This document shows, in pieces, positions 40,122 through 50,436 of a stretch of DNA of 64,000 bases. This DNA is from Candidatus Poribacteria bacterium (lineage in GTDB: Bacteria; Poribacteria; WGA-4E; JAJDTR01). Position numbers and translations under genes: made by a program. A model generated the notes under the pieces. That model ran no database searches, had not been told where the DNA came from, and was given only the letters and a program-made list of their open reading frames with translations. Position 1 is the stretch's first letter. Each line of letters begins with the position of its first letter. The DNA is taken from assembly GCA_965222225.1 (NCBI GenBank), contig CBDCTK010000002.1, positions 5,088,001 through 5,152,000 on the forward strand. Direction: 5' to 3'.

Positions 40122-40730
40122 ATGGCGAATCGCAAAAGACGGAAACATATTTCCGCCCATGCACCGAGCGCTTCTACTCCAACGATAGGAAATCAGGAGC
40201 AAAAACACGAGGATGGCGTCCTCCAAATACGACTCTACGGAGATCCGGTGCTACGACAAAAAGCATCGCCTATTGAGGCAATTACCAGCGCCGAAAAAGA
40301 ACTGGCGGATTCCATGTTGGCGACGCTATACGCCATTCCCAATGGGGTCGGCTTGGCGGCGCCGCAGGTCGGTGTCTTGAAGCGATTGGTCGTGATTGAT
40401 GTGGACAGGGAGGACCTTGACAGCAAACCGTTGGTGCTCATCAATCCAAAGATTCAAAGCCTTGAAGGGGAGATTGTCGATGAAGAAGCGTGTTTGAGCA
40501 TCCCCGATGTCACGGCTGATGTCAAGCGAGCCGAGAAAGTGGTCGTCACTGCGCTCAGCTTGGATGGCGAGGAATGTTCCGTCGAAGGCGAGGGCTTTTT
40601 TGCCCGTGTACTCCAGCATGAGATAGATCATCTGGATGGCGTACTGTTCATTGACCATATCGGCGGTCTCAAGCGTCAACTTCTCCGAAAAAAACTGCAC
40701 AAACTTCAGCAACAATCGCAGGATGAATAG
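40122..40730 (+). CDS. def: Peptide deformylase
   Basis: GVGLAAPQVG, EACLS, QHEIDHLDG. Confidence 0.96.
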   Translation: MANRKRRKHISAHAPSASTPTIGNQEQKHEDGVLQIRLYGDPVLRQKASPIEAITSAEKELADSMLATLYAIPNGVGLAAPQVGVLKRLVVIDVDREDLDSKPLVLINPKIQSLEGEIVDEEACLSIPDVTADVKRAEKVVVTALSLDGEECSVEGEGFFARVLQHEIDHLDGVLFIDHIGGLKRQLLRKKLHKLQQQSQDE

Positions 40731-40739
40731 GGAAGAAAA

Positions 40740-41585
40740 ATGTCACAGGCTCGCGCGTTAAAGATAGATCAAAAGTTAAAGGCGTTAAACACCCTTCTGA
40801 AATCCTACGGAGACATAATTGTCGCGTTCTCGGGTGGCGTCGATAGTACCTTCTTAGCCGAAGCGGCACGACGTGTTCTTGCGGACAATGCCCTTGCTGT
40901 CACTGCAATCTCCGATTCCTATCCGGAACGTGAGATGGAAGCCGCCAAAGATATTGCAAAACAGATTCGGATTCGCTTCGAGACCGTAAATACCGACGAA
41001 CTGGAAATGGAAGGTTACGCCAGCAATCCAACGAATCGTTGTTACTTTTGCAAAACGGAACTCTTCACCAAACTCAAACCTATTGCCGAAAAATATCGGG
41101 TCAGCACGATTGTATACGGCGCAATTCCCGACGATATCGGCGACTATCGTCCCGGCATGGATGCCGCTAAAAGCATGGGAATTAAGGCGCCGCTGATCGA
41201 TGCCAATCTGACAAAAGCCGACATTCGAGAAGTGTCTAAGCAATGGGGGTTGCCGACATGGGACAAACCTGCTTTTGCCTGTTTGTCATCGCGGTTTCCG
41301 TATGGGACACGCATTACCCGCGACCTGCTCCGACAGGTCGATCGCGCGGAACAGTTCCTGTACGATCTGGGTGTGCGGCAATTTCGAGTGCGTCATCATG
41401 AAGATCTTGCGCGAATAGAGCTTGAACCCGCGGAAATTCCGAATATCGCGACGAAATCAATTCGCTCCCAAATCAACGCGCATTTCAAGTCACTCGGATA
41501 TCGGCATGTCACCCTTGATTTACAGGGATATCGTTCGGGCAGCTTGAACGAGGGAGTACTGAAGATTCCGGTGGGGAAAAGCTAG
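40740..41585 (+). CDS. larE: ATP-dependent sacrificial sulfur transferase LarE
   Basis: AFSGGVDS, NRCYFCK, DYRPG, ACLSSRFPYG, RVRHH, GYRSGSLN. Confidence 0.95.
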   Translation: MSQARALKIDQKLKALNTLLKSYGDIIVAFSGGVDSTFLAEAARRVLADNALAVTAISDSYPEREMEAAKDIAKQIRIRFETVNTDELEMEGYASNPTNRCYFCKTELFTKLKPIAEKYRVSTIVYGAIPDDIGDYRPGMDAAKSMGIKAPLIDANLTKADIREVSKQWGLPTWDKPAFACLSSRFPYGTRITRDLLRQVDRAEQFLYDLGVRQFRVRHHEDLARIELEPAEIPNIATKSIRSQINAHFKSLGYRHVTLDLQGYRSGSLNEGVLKIPVGKS

Positions 41586-41818
41586 ATAAAACCCTCAAAA
41601 TTTGGTTTGTAGTAGCGCAGTTCATTGCACGTCCGACCCCAAACTGAACTATCACACTGGAGCCGCTCGGTCTGGATTGACAAATCTAGACCGTCTTCCA
41701 CGAATGCTGTCGAATTTGTCAATCCCGCGACAGCACTGATTTGCATTCCCCAATAATACGAATTACGCATTAGGTTTTTTAGCTACGTGGTCACACGCAA
41801 TCTGAAACAAGGAGGACG

Positions 41819-43156
41819 ATGTTAGGACAAGATACTCAATCCAATCAACAGATGAATCCGCTGATTGGCGTCGAATTTTTCAGTCAGAAAAAATTGGATG
41901 CGTGCACGCATTGCGGTCTCTGTCTGCCGACTTGTCCAACCTATCGCGAGCTGGGGTTGGAGACAGATTCGCCGCGTGGTCGGCTCTATTTGATGAGTAC
42001 GGCGTTTAGGGATGTTAACCCGACACCGCTCAATGAGGATTGGGCAAAATACATCTACCGCTGCTTGGATTGCCGCGCTTGTGAGACCGCTTGTCCTTCC
42101 GGGGTGCAATTCGGAGAACTTGTCGAGGAGGCACGGGCGATTTATGAGCTAAATGCCAAACGCCCAACGAAATATAGGTTCTGGACAAACCTGGTTTTTA
42201 AGGGGCTCTTGCCTAGACGTATGCTACTCAATTTAGTTTTTGAGTTGATGTGGTTGTATCAACGCCTCGGGATTCGCACGCTTGTGCGCCGCACGGGAAT
42301 TCTAAAGCTGATGGGCAAAATGGGTGAAATGGAAGCCATGATGCCCGAAGTTCCGACCCCTACCCTCAAATTTTCCCTGCGGAAGTTTTCCCCCGCAAAA
42401 GGAAAAGCGAAATATCGTGTCGGATTTGTCTCCGGATGCGTGATGAACCAACTCTTTACACGGACCAATCTTGCAACCGTTCGGGTGCTTCAAGAAAACG
42501 GTTGCGATGTTCTCACCCCGCGAAAACAGAACTGCTGCGGAGCGCTACATGTCCATAACGGTGTCCGTGATGTCGCGCTCGGTTTGGCGCGACAAAACAT
42601 TGACGCGTTCGAAGGGGAGAATCTGGAAGCAATCATTATCAACTCGGCGGGCTGCGGTGCGACGCTCAAGGAGTATGACGCGCTGATGGAGCACGATACG
42701 GAATACGCCGAAAAAGCAACGAGATTCAGCGAAAAAATGCGCGACATCAGTGAGTTCCTCGCCGAAATCGAAATGACACCACCCAAAGGCGAGATTAAAC
42801 GCAGCGTTACCTACGATGAACCTTGTCACTTGGTGCACGGACAAAATGTTCACGACCAACCCCGTCAGCTACTTCAATCCATACCGGGCTTGCGCTTTGT
42901 TGAACTCCATGAATCCGAATGGTGTTGCGGGAGCGCAGGCATTTACAATATTACTCAACCTGACATGTCTAAAAGCATTTTGGATCGCAAGATGAAACAT
43001 ATCGCCGATACCGAGGCGGAGATTGTAGCAACGGGGAATCCGGGCTGTATTTTGCAAATTCAACTCGGTTTACGGGAACGTGATTTGCCAATGAAGGTGA
43101 TGCACCCTATTGACCTTCTCGACTGCGCCTATCGCGGCGTTGATCCCCTTGCATAA
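41819..43156 (+). CDS. glcF: Glycolate oxidase Fe-S subunit (GlcF-like)
   Basis: CTHCGLCLPTCPTY, SPRGR, CLDCRACETACPSGV, two CCG domains, NPGC. Confidence 0.9.
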   Translation: MLGQDTQSNQQMNPLIGVEFFSQKKLDACTHCGLCLPTCPTYRELGLETDSPRGRLYLMSTAFRDVNPTPLNEDWAKYIYRCLDCRACETACPSGVQFGELVEEARAIYELNAKRPTKYRFWTNLVFKGLLPRRMLLNLVFELMWLYQRLGIRTLVRRTGILKLMGKMGEMEAMMPEVPTPTLKFSLRKFSPAKGKAKYRVGFVSGCVMNQLFTRTNLATVRVLQENGCDVLTPRKQNCCGALHVHNGVRDVALGLARQNIDAFEGENLEAIIINSAGCGATLKEYDALMEHDTEYAEKATRFSEKMRDISEFLAEIEMTPPKGEIKRSVTYDEPCHLVHGQNVHDQPRQLLQSIPGLRFVELHESEWCCGSAGIYNITQPDMSKSILDRKMKHIADTEAEIVATGNPGCILQIQLGLRERDLPMKVMHPIDLLDCAYRGVDPLA

Positions 43157-43179
43157 ATTGTCCATACGGAGGCATACGC

Positions 43180-43599
43180 GTGATGAATTTGCTGGTAGTC
43201 GGATTATGTTCGGCGATTCTTCTTGCCAGCTTTGGGTGTGGAGGGATAAACCAGCCTGGGGCTGGACTACTCTACGACGCCAGAGTGCAAATAGGGATTG
43301 CCAAGGAGGTAGAAGCCGAAACGCTTGCCAACCAAGAATTGGCGGATGCCGAACAGATGCTTGTTCAAGCTGAAACGGCGCTGGATATGGGGGACGATGA
43401 CCAAGCCTATCGATTGGGGATGCGCGCCTATCTCAAAGCGAGACTAGCTGAAGCCATCGCTATCTTGAGGCGTAAGGAGCACCAAGTAACTGAAGTTGAG
43501 AAAGAACTGAAGTCGAAACTTCACGCTGCGGACGCCGCACACCGTCAGTTTGAAGAAGCGGAGGACGGATTGGAACGGTTGAAAGCGACACCGCCATAA
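43180..43599 (+). CDS. DUF4398-like lipoprotein
   Basis: Lipobox SFGC; Ala-rich helices typical of the DUF4398 partner upstream of OmpA-domain genes. Confidence 0.75.
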   Translation: MMNLLVVGLCSAILLASFGCGGINQPGAGLLYDARVQIGIAKEVEAETLANQELADAEQMLVQAETALDMGDDDQAYRLGMRAYLKARLAEAIAILRRKEHQVTEVEKELKSKLHAADAAHRQFEEAEDGLERLKATPP

Positions 43600-43655
43600 A
43601 TCCACCCCGGAAATGTTCGAGACTTCGTAAACCCTAAGCTGGGCGAATAGCCACA

Positions 43656-45335
43656 ATGCAATCTTACCGATCTAAATCTGTTTTCTGTTTTTTAATCGCA
43701 TGCATGGTGGCAGTCGGATGCGGGGGTAAGGTTGATTCAATCTTGCTTGAAACCTCCTTGCAAAATGCGCAAAGCGTTGTTTCCGATGCACAACGCCTTG
43801 ATGCCGAAGTTTACGCTAAAACCGGGATTACACGGGCAATGAAGCTCCTTGAGGACGCACGAGGTGCGCAGCGCGCCGGGGATGGTGCCCATAGCTTGGA
43901 GTTGGCGTATCAGGCGCAGATGGAGGCGAAAATTTCAGGAATTCAAGCACGCCAATCGGTTGTGCAATTGCAAATCGATCAAGCCAAGGCAGAGATACTT
44001 GATGTTATCATACAGGAGAAAAATCATGAGGTACAGGCCGCACAAACCCGCCAAGCAATTGCCGAAGAGCTAACGAGTCGTGCCTTGGATAGAGCCGGTC
44101 GCGCCGAAAAACAGGCGATTGATGCTCAAGCCGTGGCAGATGAAGCGAAGAAAGCTGCCCAAAAGTTGATGCGGTATCATGAGACGCAGTTAGCCATCTC
44201 CGAAGCTAAACACGTCCTTAATTTTGCCAACGAAGCTGGCGCTACGGTTCGTGCGCCGGTTGACTACAAGGCGGCTGGGAACCTGATTGCCGAGGCGCTT
44301 GCGCTGCTCCAGCGCGATGCCTTTGATGATGCGGCAGATTTGGCAAGTCAAGCCAAGGAACGAGCGCAAAATGCTCGCCTAGCCTCCGTTAAGGCTGCTG
44401 GCGCAGCCAGTGCGAAGAAAACGGAGGCATTTACAACGGCAAGGCTCTCAATCGCGGCGGCGCAGACGGAAATCAATCGAGCCGAAAGTGTATACGCATC
44501 GATACATGCGGAAGACCTCTTTCAGCGTGCAACCTCGGCGCTTGAACAAGCGGATATCTCGTTGAACGCCGAGCAATACTCGCAGGCTTCGCAGAAGGCG
44601 GGGCAAGCGGAAAACCTGGCGCGTCAAGCGTATACGGCTGCAGAGGTGATAGACCGTCAACGACGGGCGCAAGAGGTGTTAGAAGAACAGATTGCACAGG
44701 CAAAGGATGCGATATTCAAGGCAGAAGAAAGTATTGAGGGTCAACGAGAGACGGATGTGCCAAATCTTGCTCCGGAGTTGTACAAACGAGCCAATGCCTT
44801 ATTAACGGACGCAAGAACGGCGCTAACTGATGAGAATTACGAATCTGCCATCAAATTCGCCAAGCAGAGTCAGGAGGTTCTTGACGAGGCAATTGGCAAC
44901 GCCAAGCAGGTTGAAGCCGTAGAAAATCGTATTATTGAGGCAGCCGGTGCGCTTTCATTCGCGGAGGTTGAAAAAAGCGAGCGCGGAATACTGATTCGGT
45001 TTAGCGGGAATCTCTTTGACTCCGGAAGCGCAAAACTGAATGCCGAATTTTTACCCCGCCTTAAACAACTCGCTGAAGTTATCAAAGATTTCTCAAATTA
45101 TGACGTTCGAATTGAGGGACACAGTGATAGCAGTGGCAGTGAGGAAGCCAACCTCAGATTGACGGAGAAGAGAGCAATCGCTTTCAAGGAATACCTTGTG
45201 GAACAGTGTGGCGCCCCGGACGAACGTTTGGAGACTGTTGGGTTCGGGGAGACCGCGCCGATTGTGGCTGACATTGACAATTCAAGTAAGGCAAAAAACC
45301 GTCGAATCGATACAATCATTCTAACGCGACAGTAA
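43656..45335 (+). CDS. Lipoprotein with repeated DUF4398-like helical units and C-terminal OmpA-like peptidoglycan-binding domain
   Basis: Lipobox AVGC; LFDSGSAKL, IEGHSD, NLRLTEKRA, GFGETAP, KNRRI. Confidence 0.9.
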   Translation: MQSYRSKSVFCFLIACMVAVGCGGKVDSILLETSLQNAQSVVSDAQRLDAEVYAKTGITRAMKLLEDARGAQRAGDGAHSLELAYQAQMEAKISGIQARQSVVQLQIDQAKAEILDVIIQEKNHEVQAAQTRQAIAEELTSRALDRAGRAEKQAIDAQAVADEAKKAAQKLMRYHETQLAISEAKHVLNFANEAGATVRAPVDYKAAGNLIAEALALLQRDAFDDAADLASQAKERAQNARLASVKAAGAASAKKTEAFTTARLSIAAAQTEINRAESVYASIHAEDLFQRATSALEQADISLNAEQYSQASQKAGQAENLARQAYTAAEVIDRQRRAQEVLEEQIAQAKDAIFKAEESIEGQRETDVPNLAPELYKRANALLTDARTALTDENYESAIKFAKQSQEVLDEAIGNAKQVEAVENRIIEAAGALSFAEVEKSERGILIRFSGNLFDSGSAKLNAEFLPRLKQLAEVIKDFSNYDVRIEGHSDSSGSEEANLRLTEKRAIAFKEYLVEQCGAPDERLETVGFGETAPIVADIDNSSKAKNRRIDTIILTRQ

Positions 45336-45375
45336 ACTAGCACGGATAATCACTGGCTTGGGAGGCTTAACGGTC

Positions 45376-45672
45376 ATGGCATATCCGGGGCCACCGCCGC
45401 AACTTGACTCTTTTATCGTCACGCAAATATCCCAAAGTTTGTTCGGCGATAGGTTCATCATCTTCTACGATAACATCATTCAGTTTCACAACCACTCTTA
45501 CTCTGTTGAGCGAATTAACGAGCCTAACCATCCCTACTATAAGCACTACTATTTGGTTGATGTGAACTCCAAGTTGGCGATGTGCACCGATATTGAGTGC
45601 GCGCCGCCCGGGAGTTACGGCGCAATTTTTGATCCGGACACGGGGGAAATTGTCGGGCACGATCAACTCTAG
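45376..45672 (+). CDS. Hypothetical 98-aa protein
   Basis: GGGAGG RBS, ATG45376; fills the gap between the OmpA gene and the convergent mtnP. Confidence 0.65.
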   Translation: MAYPGPPPQLDSFIVTQISQSLFGDRFIIFYDNIIQFHNHSYSVERINEPNHPYYKHYYLVDVNSKLAMCTDIECAPPGSYGAIFDPDTGEIVGHDQL

Positions 45673-45735
45673 CCGGAGAAGTGAACAACGAGAATAACTC
45701 GTCAAATGGGTGTCATGAGCCGCCATACCCTATTT

Positions 45736-46599
45736 TCACGCAATGTACTTGCCGATTAGTAAATCCAATTTGCGTCGGGTATCTTCGGGGATTAGTTTTT
45801 GATTGGTTGCGATTGACGTTGCGAGGGCGGTTGGGCACGCGCACCCGGTTCGCTCGTCGGAAATCCTGCGAATAATGGCTTTGACAGCCTCTTTCGCGGT
45901 TTCTACGTTGGCAAGCAAGTGCTGTAATATCATTTCCGCCGTGACATTGTCGTGGTCCGGATGCCAACAATCGTAATCCGTTGAGCAGGCGAGCGTCGCA
46001 TAGCAGATTTCGGCTTCACGGGCAAGTTTGGCTTCCGTGGCAGCCGTCATTCCGATGACATCAAAGCCGAGGTGTCTGTACACTTTCGATTCAGCCTGAG
46101 TTGAGAAGGCGGGCCCTTCCATACAGATATATGTGCCGCCTTTGTGCGTCGTCACGCCAACCGAAGTGCCTCCCTCATAAATTAGTTCGCTTAGAACGGG
46201 GCAGAATGGATGGGCGAGACTGACATGGGCTGCGAGCCCCTCTCCAAAAAATGTGCTCACCCGATTCTTGGTGTGATCGAACAACTGATCCGGAACGACA
46301 AAGTGGCGCGGTTCTATCTCCGATTTCAGGCTTCCGACGGCACTAACGGAAATAATCCACTCAACCCCAAGGCTTTTCAGAGCATAGATGTTTGCACGAA
46401 CGTTAATCTCCGATGGCAGTAGGCGATGTCCTATGCCGTGACGCGGAAGAAATACCACCCGCTTTCCTTCAATCGTGCCGAGTATTAGTGAATCGCTGGG
46501 TTTTCCAAAGGGAGTGTTGAGGCTAATCTCCTCTATGTCGCTAAGTCCTTCCATCTGATAGAAGCCGCTACCGCCAATCACCCCAATTTTGACACTCAT
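45736..46599 (-). CDS. mtnP: S-methyl-5'-thioadenosine phosphorylase
   Basis: IGVIGGSG, TPFGKPS, PRHG, MEGPAFST, GMT, TDYDCW. Confidence 0.97.
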   Translation of the reverse strand: MSVKIGVIGGSGFYQMEGLSDIEEISLNTPFGKPSDSLILGTIEGKRVVFLPRHGIGHRLLPSEINVRANIYALKSLGVEWIISVSAVGSLKSEIEPRHFVVPDQLFDHTKNRVSTFFGEGLAAHVSLAHPFCPVLSELIYEGGTSVGVTTHKGGTYICMEGPAFSTQAESKVYRHLGFDVIGMTAATEAKLAREAEICYATLACSTDYDCWHPDHDNVTAEMILQHLLANVETAKEAVKAIIRRISDERTGCACPTALATSIATNQKLIPEDTRRKLDLLIGKYIA

Positions 46600-46775
46600 A
46601 CATCCTCCAATCATCTTTGAAGATAGATATATTGCACGTTATAATTTCCCTGCCTATTTTGCGATGCATCTATATAATTTTGCGCGAACTGTCGATACGA
46701 ACGCTAAAAGAGTAATCTCGGGTCTAGTATCAGCGTAGGCTTTGTTGGCATGGTAAGGAAAGGTTATCACTAAGG

Positions 46776-47597
46776 ATGGTCTCATTACAGTGCAGGGACT
46801 TGACAATCGAAGGTGAATCGGGTTCCGCTGTTGCCACATACATACGCGTGAAGGAATTGGATCTCATTTTCGATCTCGGTCGCTGTCCGATGAGTTTTAT
46901 CGGTACCGGTCATGTGTTCATCTCCCATTTTCATTTGGACCACTACTTTGGGCTGCCAATATATATCAGTCAACGCTGGCTTGCGGGGATACCGCCCGGG
47001 AAGATTTATGTTCCTGAAGCTGGCATAGAGCAGTTGCGGAGCATTTTGGACCGGATTTCGATACTCGACTGCGGCGCCGTATGGGACTACCACGTCACGC
47101 CGGTTGAAGCGGGAGATCGGATTCCGTTCCGCCAAAATCTAGTCGCACATGTGTTGCCGGGTTACCATAGAGTGCCGTCAGTCGGGTACCTCATTTGTGA
47201 GAGCCGCGAGAAACTCAAACCGGAGTTCCACGGCTTGCCGGGGAAAGAAATTGCGGAGTTGCGCCGATCCGGTATTAAGGTAACCGCCCAAGTTGAACTG
47301 CCGTTAATCGCATACTTGGGAGACACGCATCGCTTCGAGCCTGATGCCCAGCCCCTATTGCGGAAGTGCAAGGTCTTAATCTGTGAGTGTACCTTCCTCA
47401 CTCCGGAGCACCGCAAACGCGCAGAGAAATCAATGCACCTGCATCTTGACGCCATGCCGGCTTTATTGGCTGCCTTTGAAAGCGAACATATTGTACTCAC
47501 ACATTTTTCACGCCGATATACGCCAGACGTTATTCGCGAGCGCATCAATACCGCGTTGTCGCCTCTGGACCGCTCTCGCGTTCAACTTTTAATCTAG
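46776..47597 (+). CDS. MBL-fold hydrolase, TM-type tRNase Z (RNase Z)
   Basis: IEGES, SHFHLDH, HRVPSVGY, KLKPEF...EIAELRRSG flexible arm, YLGDT, ECTF, THFSRRY. Confidence 0.85.
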   Translation: MVSLQCRDLTIEGESGSAVATYIRVKELDLIFDLGRCPMSFIGTGHVFISHFHLDHYFGLPIYISQRWLAGIPPGKIYVPEAGIEQLRSILDRISILDCGAVWDYHVTPVEAGDRIPFRQNLVAHVLPGYHRVPSVGYLICESREKLKPEFHGLPGKEIAELRRSGIKVTAQVELPLIAYLGDTHRFEPDAQPLLRKCKVLICECTFLTPEHRKRAEKSMHLHLDAMPALLAAFESEHIVLTHFSRRYTPDVIRERINTALSPLDRSRVQLLI

Positions 47598-47838
47598 ATG
47601 GGACTTACGCAATTCAGGTTTATAGCGGCACAATTCGTTGCGCTTCCGGTACGCTCTGTAACTGCTCGGTCCGGATTGACGAATCCGGACTGTACGCTCG
47701 AATCTGTTAGGCCGCCCAATCCGTGGTGTTATTCGTTACGTAGATTAATTCCAAAATCCCTACGTTTTGTCGGCGGATATTTCCAAAAACCCAATGCACT
47801 AGGGGCTCACATCTAGGCTCTGTGATTCCTCGATCATG

Positions 47839-47871
47839 AAAAAAGCAGGGAACGTTGTCCCCTGCTTTTTT
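47839..47871. terminator. Bidirectional rho-independent terminator
   Basis: AAAAAAGCAGGG-loop-CCCTGCTTTTTT between convergent genes. Confidence 0.88.
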
Positions 47872-47895
47872 GATTTGATGCAACCGATGATTCAA

Positions 47896-49269
47896 CTAGG
47901 ATTTTGCGCCGGGGTGATCGTTCGGGTCTCGGTCCGATGTCCCAGCCTCCTGCTCGACATAGAACTTATAACCGTCACCATCCTGATCTATCTCGAATTG
48001 GCGGACAATCTGTTCCGCTTCCCGATAGTATGCCACATCGCGACCGAGACTCATGTAAGCTTTGAAGGCTTCATAAGCTTTGGCAAACTCGCGAATACCT
48101 CGGTAACAAACAGCTTGCTGGTAGACTCCTTCGGCGCGCCAGATAGATTCGGCGTTATTGTCGAACAGGTTCTGATAGGCTTCAATTGCCTGTTCAAACT
48201 GCCCGTTCAATTGATATAATCTGCCAATTTGATAACGAGCGTCCGCAGCCGAGAATTTCTTGTAAGAGAGTTGATTCGCTAACGTCCGATACGCGACAAT
48301 GGCATTGGGATAGTTTCTAAGGTCCTCCCAACGCCGCCCGATAAACTGAAAGCATTGAACGACAATGTCGACATAACGGGAACCGTATCTTTCGTTCGAC
48401 AATATTACCCGCCCGGCATTTTCATATTCTGTCGCCTTTTTGCTTCGATACCGCTTAATCTCCGCTTGGTTTTGGGCAATTTCATCTAGGTTACGGCTCG
48501 TTTCTTTCAGCAGCCGTTCTGCTTGAGTCGCATCGTAAGAGTCGGGATACATCTCAATCACTTTATTGTACCAGGGCCAACCACCCTGATAATCGTACAA
48601 CTTATAGAAATGGATGTAGCCAATCTTCGTCAAGGCCGGAGGCGCTTTTTCATGCTCCGGAAATTCATTAACCATCCGCTGATAATTCGCAATCGCCTCC
48701 AGATAGTTCCCTAACTGTTCGTAGCTGTCGGCGACATCATACAACGCTTGGCCGGCTGTGTGATAGTGTTCCTGCGCGTTGTCTTGTTTATATAACGCAC
48801 TGTAGTTTTGGTATCTGCGCCGCTTTTCGTCGATCAGCTGATGATATTTGCGAATGTTGGCAATCCCGCTTTTTGCTTGACCGCCGTAGTATCCTGATGG
48901 TGCTACCTCTATAATCGCGTCATAGTGTTCGGTGGCTTTGTCCCACTCATAGTGCTTCTTGTAAATTTCGGCAATCTGATAATGGGATCGCTGGGAATAC
49001 TTGCCGGTGGGATTGGACTCAATGATTCCGGCATAAGCGTTAAGCGCTTCATCGTAGAGCATCTTCTTTTTTGCAACTTGCTCGCGCCACTTTTCTCGAT
49101 CTTCGTCCTTGTCAGCTTTGATACGATACGCTTCCGCTTTGTCAAATTTTTTGTCCGCATTCTGAACTCTTGCGCCGATTGGAATAATCTGCACCCCGCC
49201 GCAACCTGCAAGCATTATGGTAACGACGACAAATGCGAGGCAAAGGTTAAAACACACAAATCGTTTCAT
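47896..49269 (-). CDS. TPR-repeat lipoprotein (BamD/YbgF-like repeats) with C-terminal DxDGDG motif
   Basis: Lipobox LAGC; multiple TPRs; ends DQDGDG...AGTSDRDPNDHP; GGAGG RBS before ATG49269. Confidence 0.88.
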   Translation of the reverse strand: MKRFVCFNLCLAFVVVTIMLAGCGGVQIIPIGARVQNADKKFDKAEAYRIKADKDEDREKWREQVAKKKMLYDEALNAYAGIIESNPTGKYSQRSHYQIAEIYKKHYEWDKATEHYDAIIEVAPSGYYGGQAKSGIANIRKYHQLIDEKRRRYQNYSALYKQDNAQEHYHTAGQALYDVADSYEQLGNYLEAIANYQRMVNEFPEHEKAPPALTKIGYIHFYKLYDYQGGWPWYNKVIEMYPDSYDATQAERLLKETSRNLDEIAQNQAEIKRYRSKKATEYENAGRVILSNERYGSRYVDIVVQCFQFIGRRWEDLRNYPNAIVAYRTLANQLSYKKFSAADARYQIGRLYQLNGQFEQAIEAYQNLFDNNAESIWRAEGVYQQAVCYRGIREFAKAYEAFKAYMSLGRDVAYYREAEQIVRQFEIDQDGDGYKFYVEQEAGTSDRDPNDHPGAKS

Positions 49270-49671
49270 TTTGGGTTCCTCCAAATCTGTAATCGAATAT
49301 CATTGAATAGAGTCGAGTCAATCAATCAGCCCTTTACGCCTAGCTGGAATTGAACTCGACTAGCTACCATGTAGAATTTTGCGTTTTTACAAAGATCGCT
49401 TCTTAAACGAAGATATTAAACCATCTCTGCCAATATATCAAGAAAATTCTTACAATCTCATCATTTCCCGTAGGAGAGGTTTCTGAATCGCGGCTTCTTT
49501 TGCGATTATCCCATTACAACAACAGTTTCCATTGATGCCAATCTCCACTTTTTGCTATAATCAACTCTGGTCTAGAATGAGCAGACCGGAAGTAGAAGGC
49601 TTAATCATGAAACGGCACCTGATAGGACACAAATCGAACAGATCCTAGTGATGACTTCAGAGGTCGATGCT

Positions 49672-50418
49672 ATGACATCTCCCGGATATTCGTGGGAATC
49701 ACCTCCAGAATCGTTTGCTCTCACAAATGATGATGTCCACGTATGGATGGTCTCGTTAGACCGAAATCCGTCGGAACTCGATAGCTTAAGGCAAACCCTC
49801 ACACTCGACGAACAGAAACGAGCTGACTGCTTCCGATTCCAGAAACACCGTGACCGTTTTATTGTTGGTCGAGGAGTGCTCAGGACTATTCTCGGCAGGT
49901 ACTTGGATCAACACCCGAACCAACTACGCTTTCAATACACTCCCTACGGCAAGCCGACACTTTCGACAGAAACGGAGATTTTAAGCTTCAATTTGTCCCA
50001 TTCACACGATCTTGCCCTCTACGCAGTCACTCAAAAGCGGGAGATTGGGGTTGACGTAGAATTCATCCGCAAAGATATCAATCTGCTCGGAATCGCCAAG
50101 CGGTGCTTTTCGGAGCGAGAGTACGCTCAACTTCAAGCGCTCCCTCAGTCTTGCCAGCTTCAGACATTCTTCAATTGCTGGACGCGAAAAGAAGCGTTCA
50201 TCAAGGCAAAGGGCGAGGGGTTTTCACTGCCGCTGTACCAGTTCGATGTTTCAATCACCCCGGGCAAGCCTGCGGCGCTGTTGCGCACAGAATGGAATCC
50301 CGATGAAGCTGCGCTCTGGACGCTAACATCGTTGAACACCGCCCCCGGCTACGCCGCTGGGCTGGCTGTGGAAGGAAAGCACTGGAATCTTCAGCGCTGG
50401 ATTTTTGATTTGGCATAG
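49672..50418 (+). CDS. Sfp-type 4'-phosphopantetheinyl transferase
   Basis: YGKP, FNLSHS, IGVDVE, WTRKEAFIKAKGEG. Confidence 0.96.
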   Translation: MTSPGYSWESPPESFALTNDDVHVWMVSLDRNPSELDSLRQTLTLDEQKRADCFRFQKHRDRFIVGRGVLRTILGRYLDQHPNQLRFQYTPYGKPTLSTETEILSFNLSHSHDLALYAVTQKREIGVDVEFIRKDINLLGIAKRCFSEREYAQLQALPQSCQLQTFFNCWTRKEAFIKAKGEGFSLPLYQFDVSITPGKPAALLRTEWNPDEAALWTLTSLNTAPGYAAGLAVEGKHWNLQRWIFDLA

Positions 50419-50436
50419 CTAGATTGACCTGAAGTG

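Noticed and set aside
40122-40730. Inactive deformylase because of EACLS instead of EGCLS
   Set aside because: The metal-ligand Cys and HExxH are intact; the substitution is conservative.
49672-50418. Secondary-metabolite cluster around the Sfp-type PPTase
   Set aside because: No PKS, NRPS or carrier-protein genes in the window; standalone PPTase.
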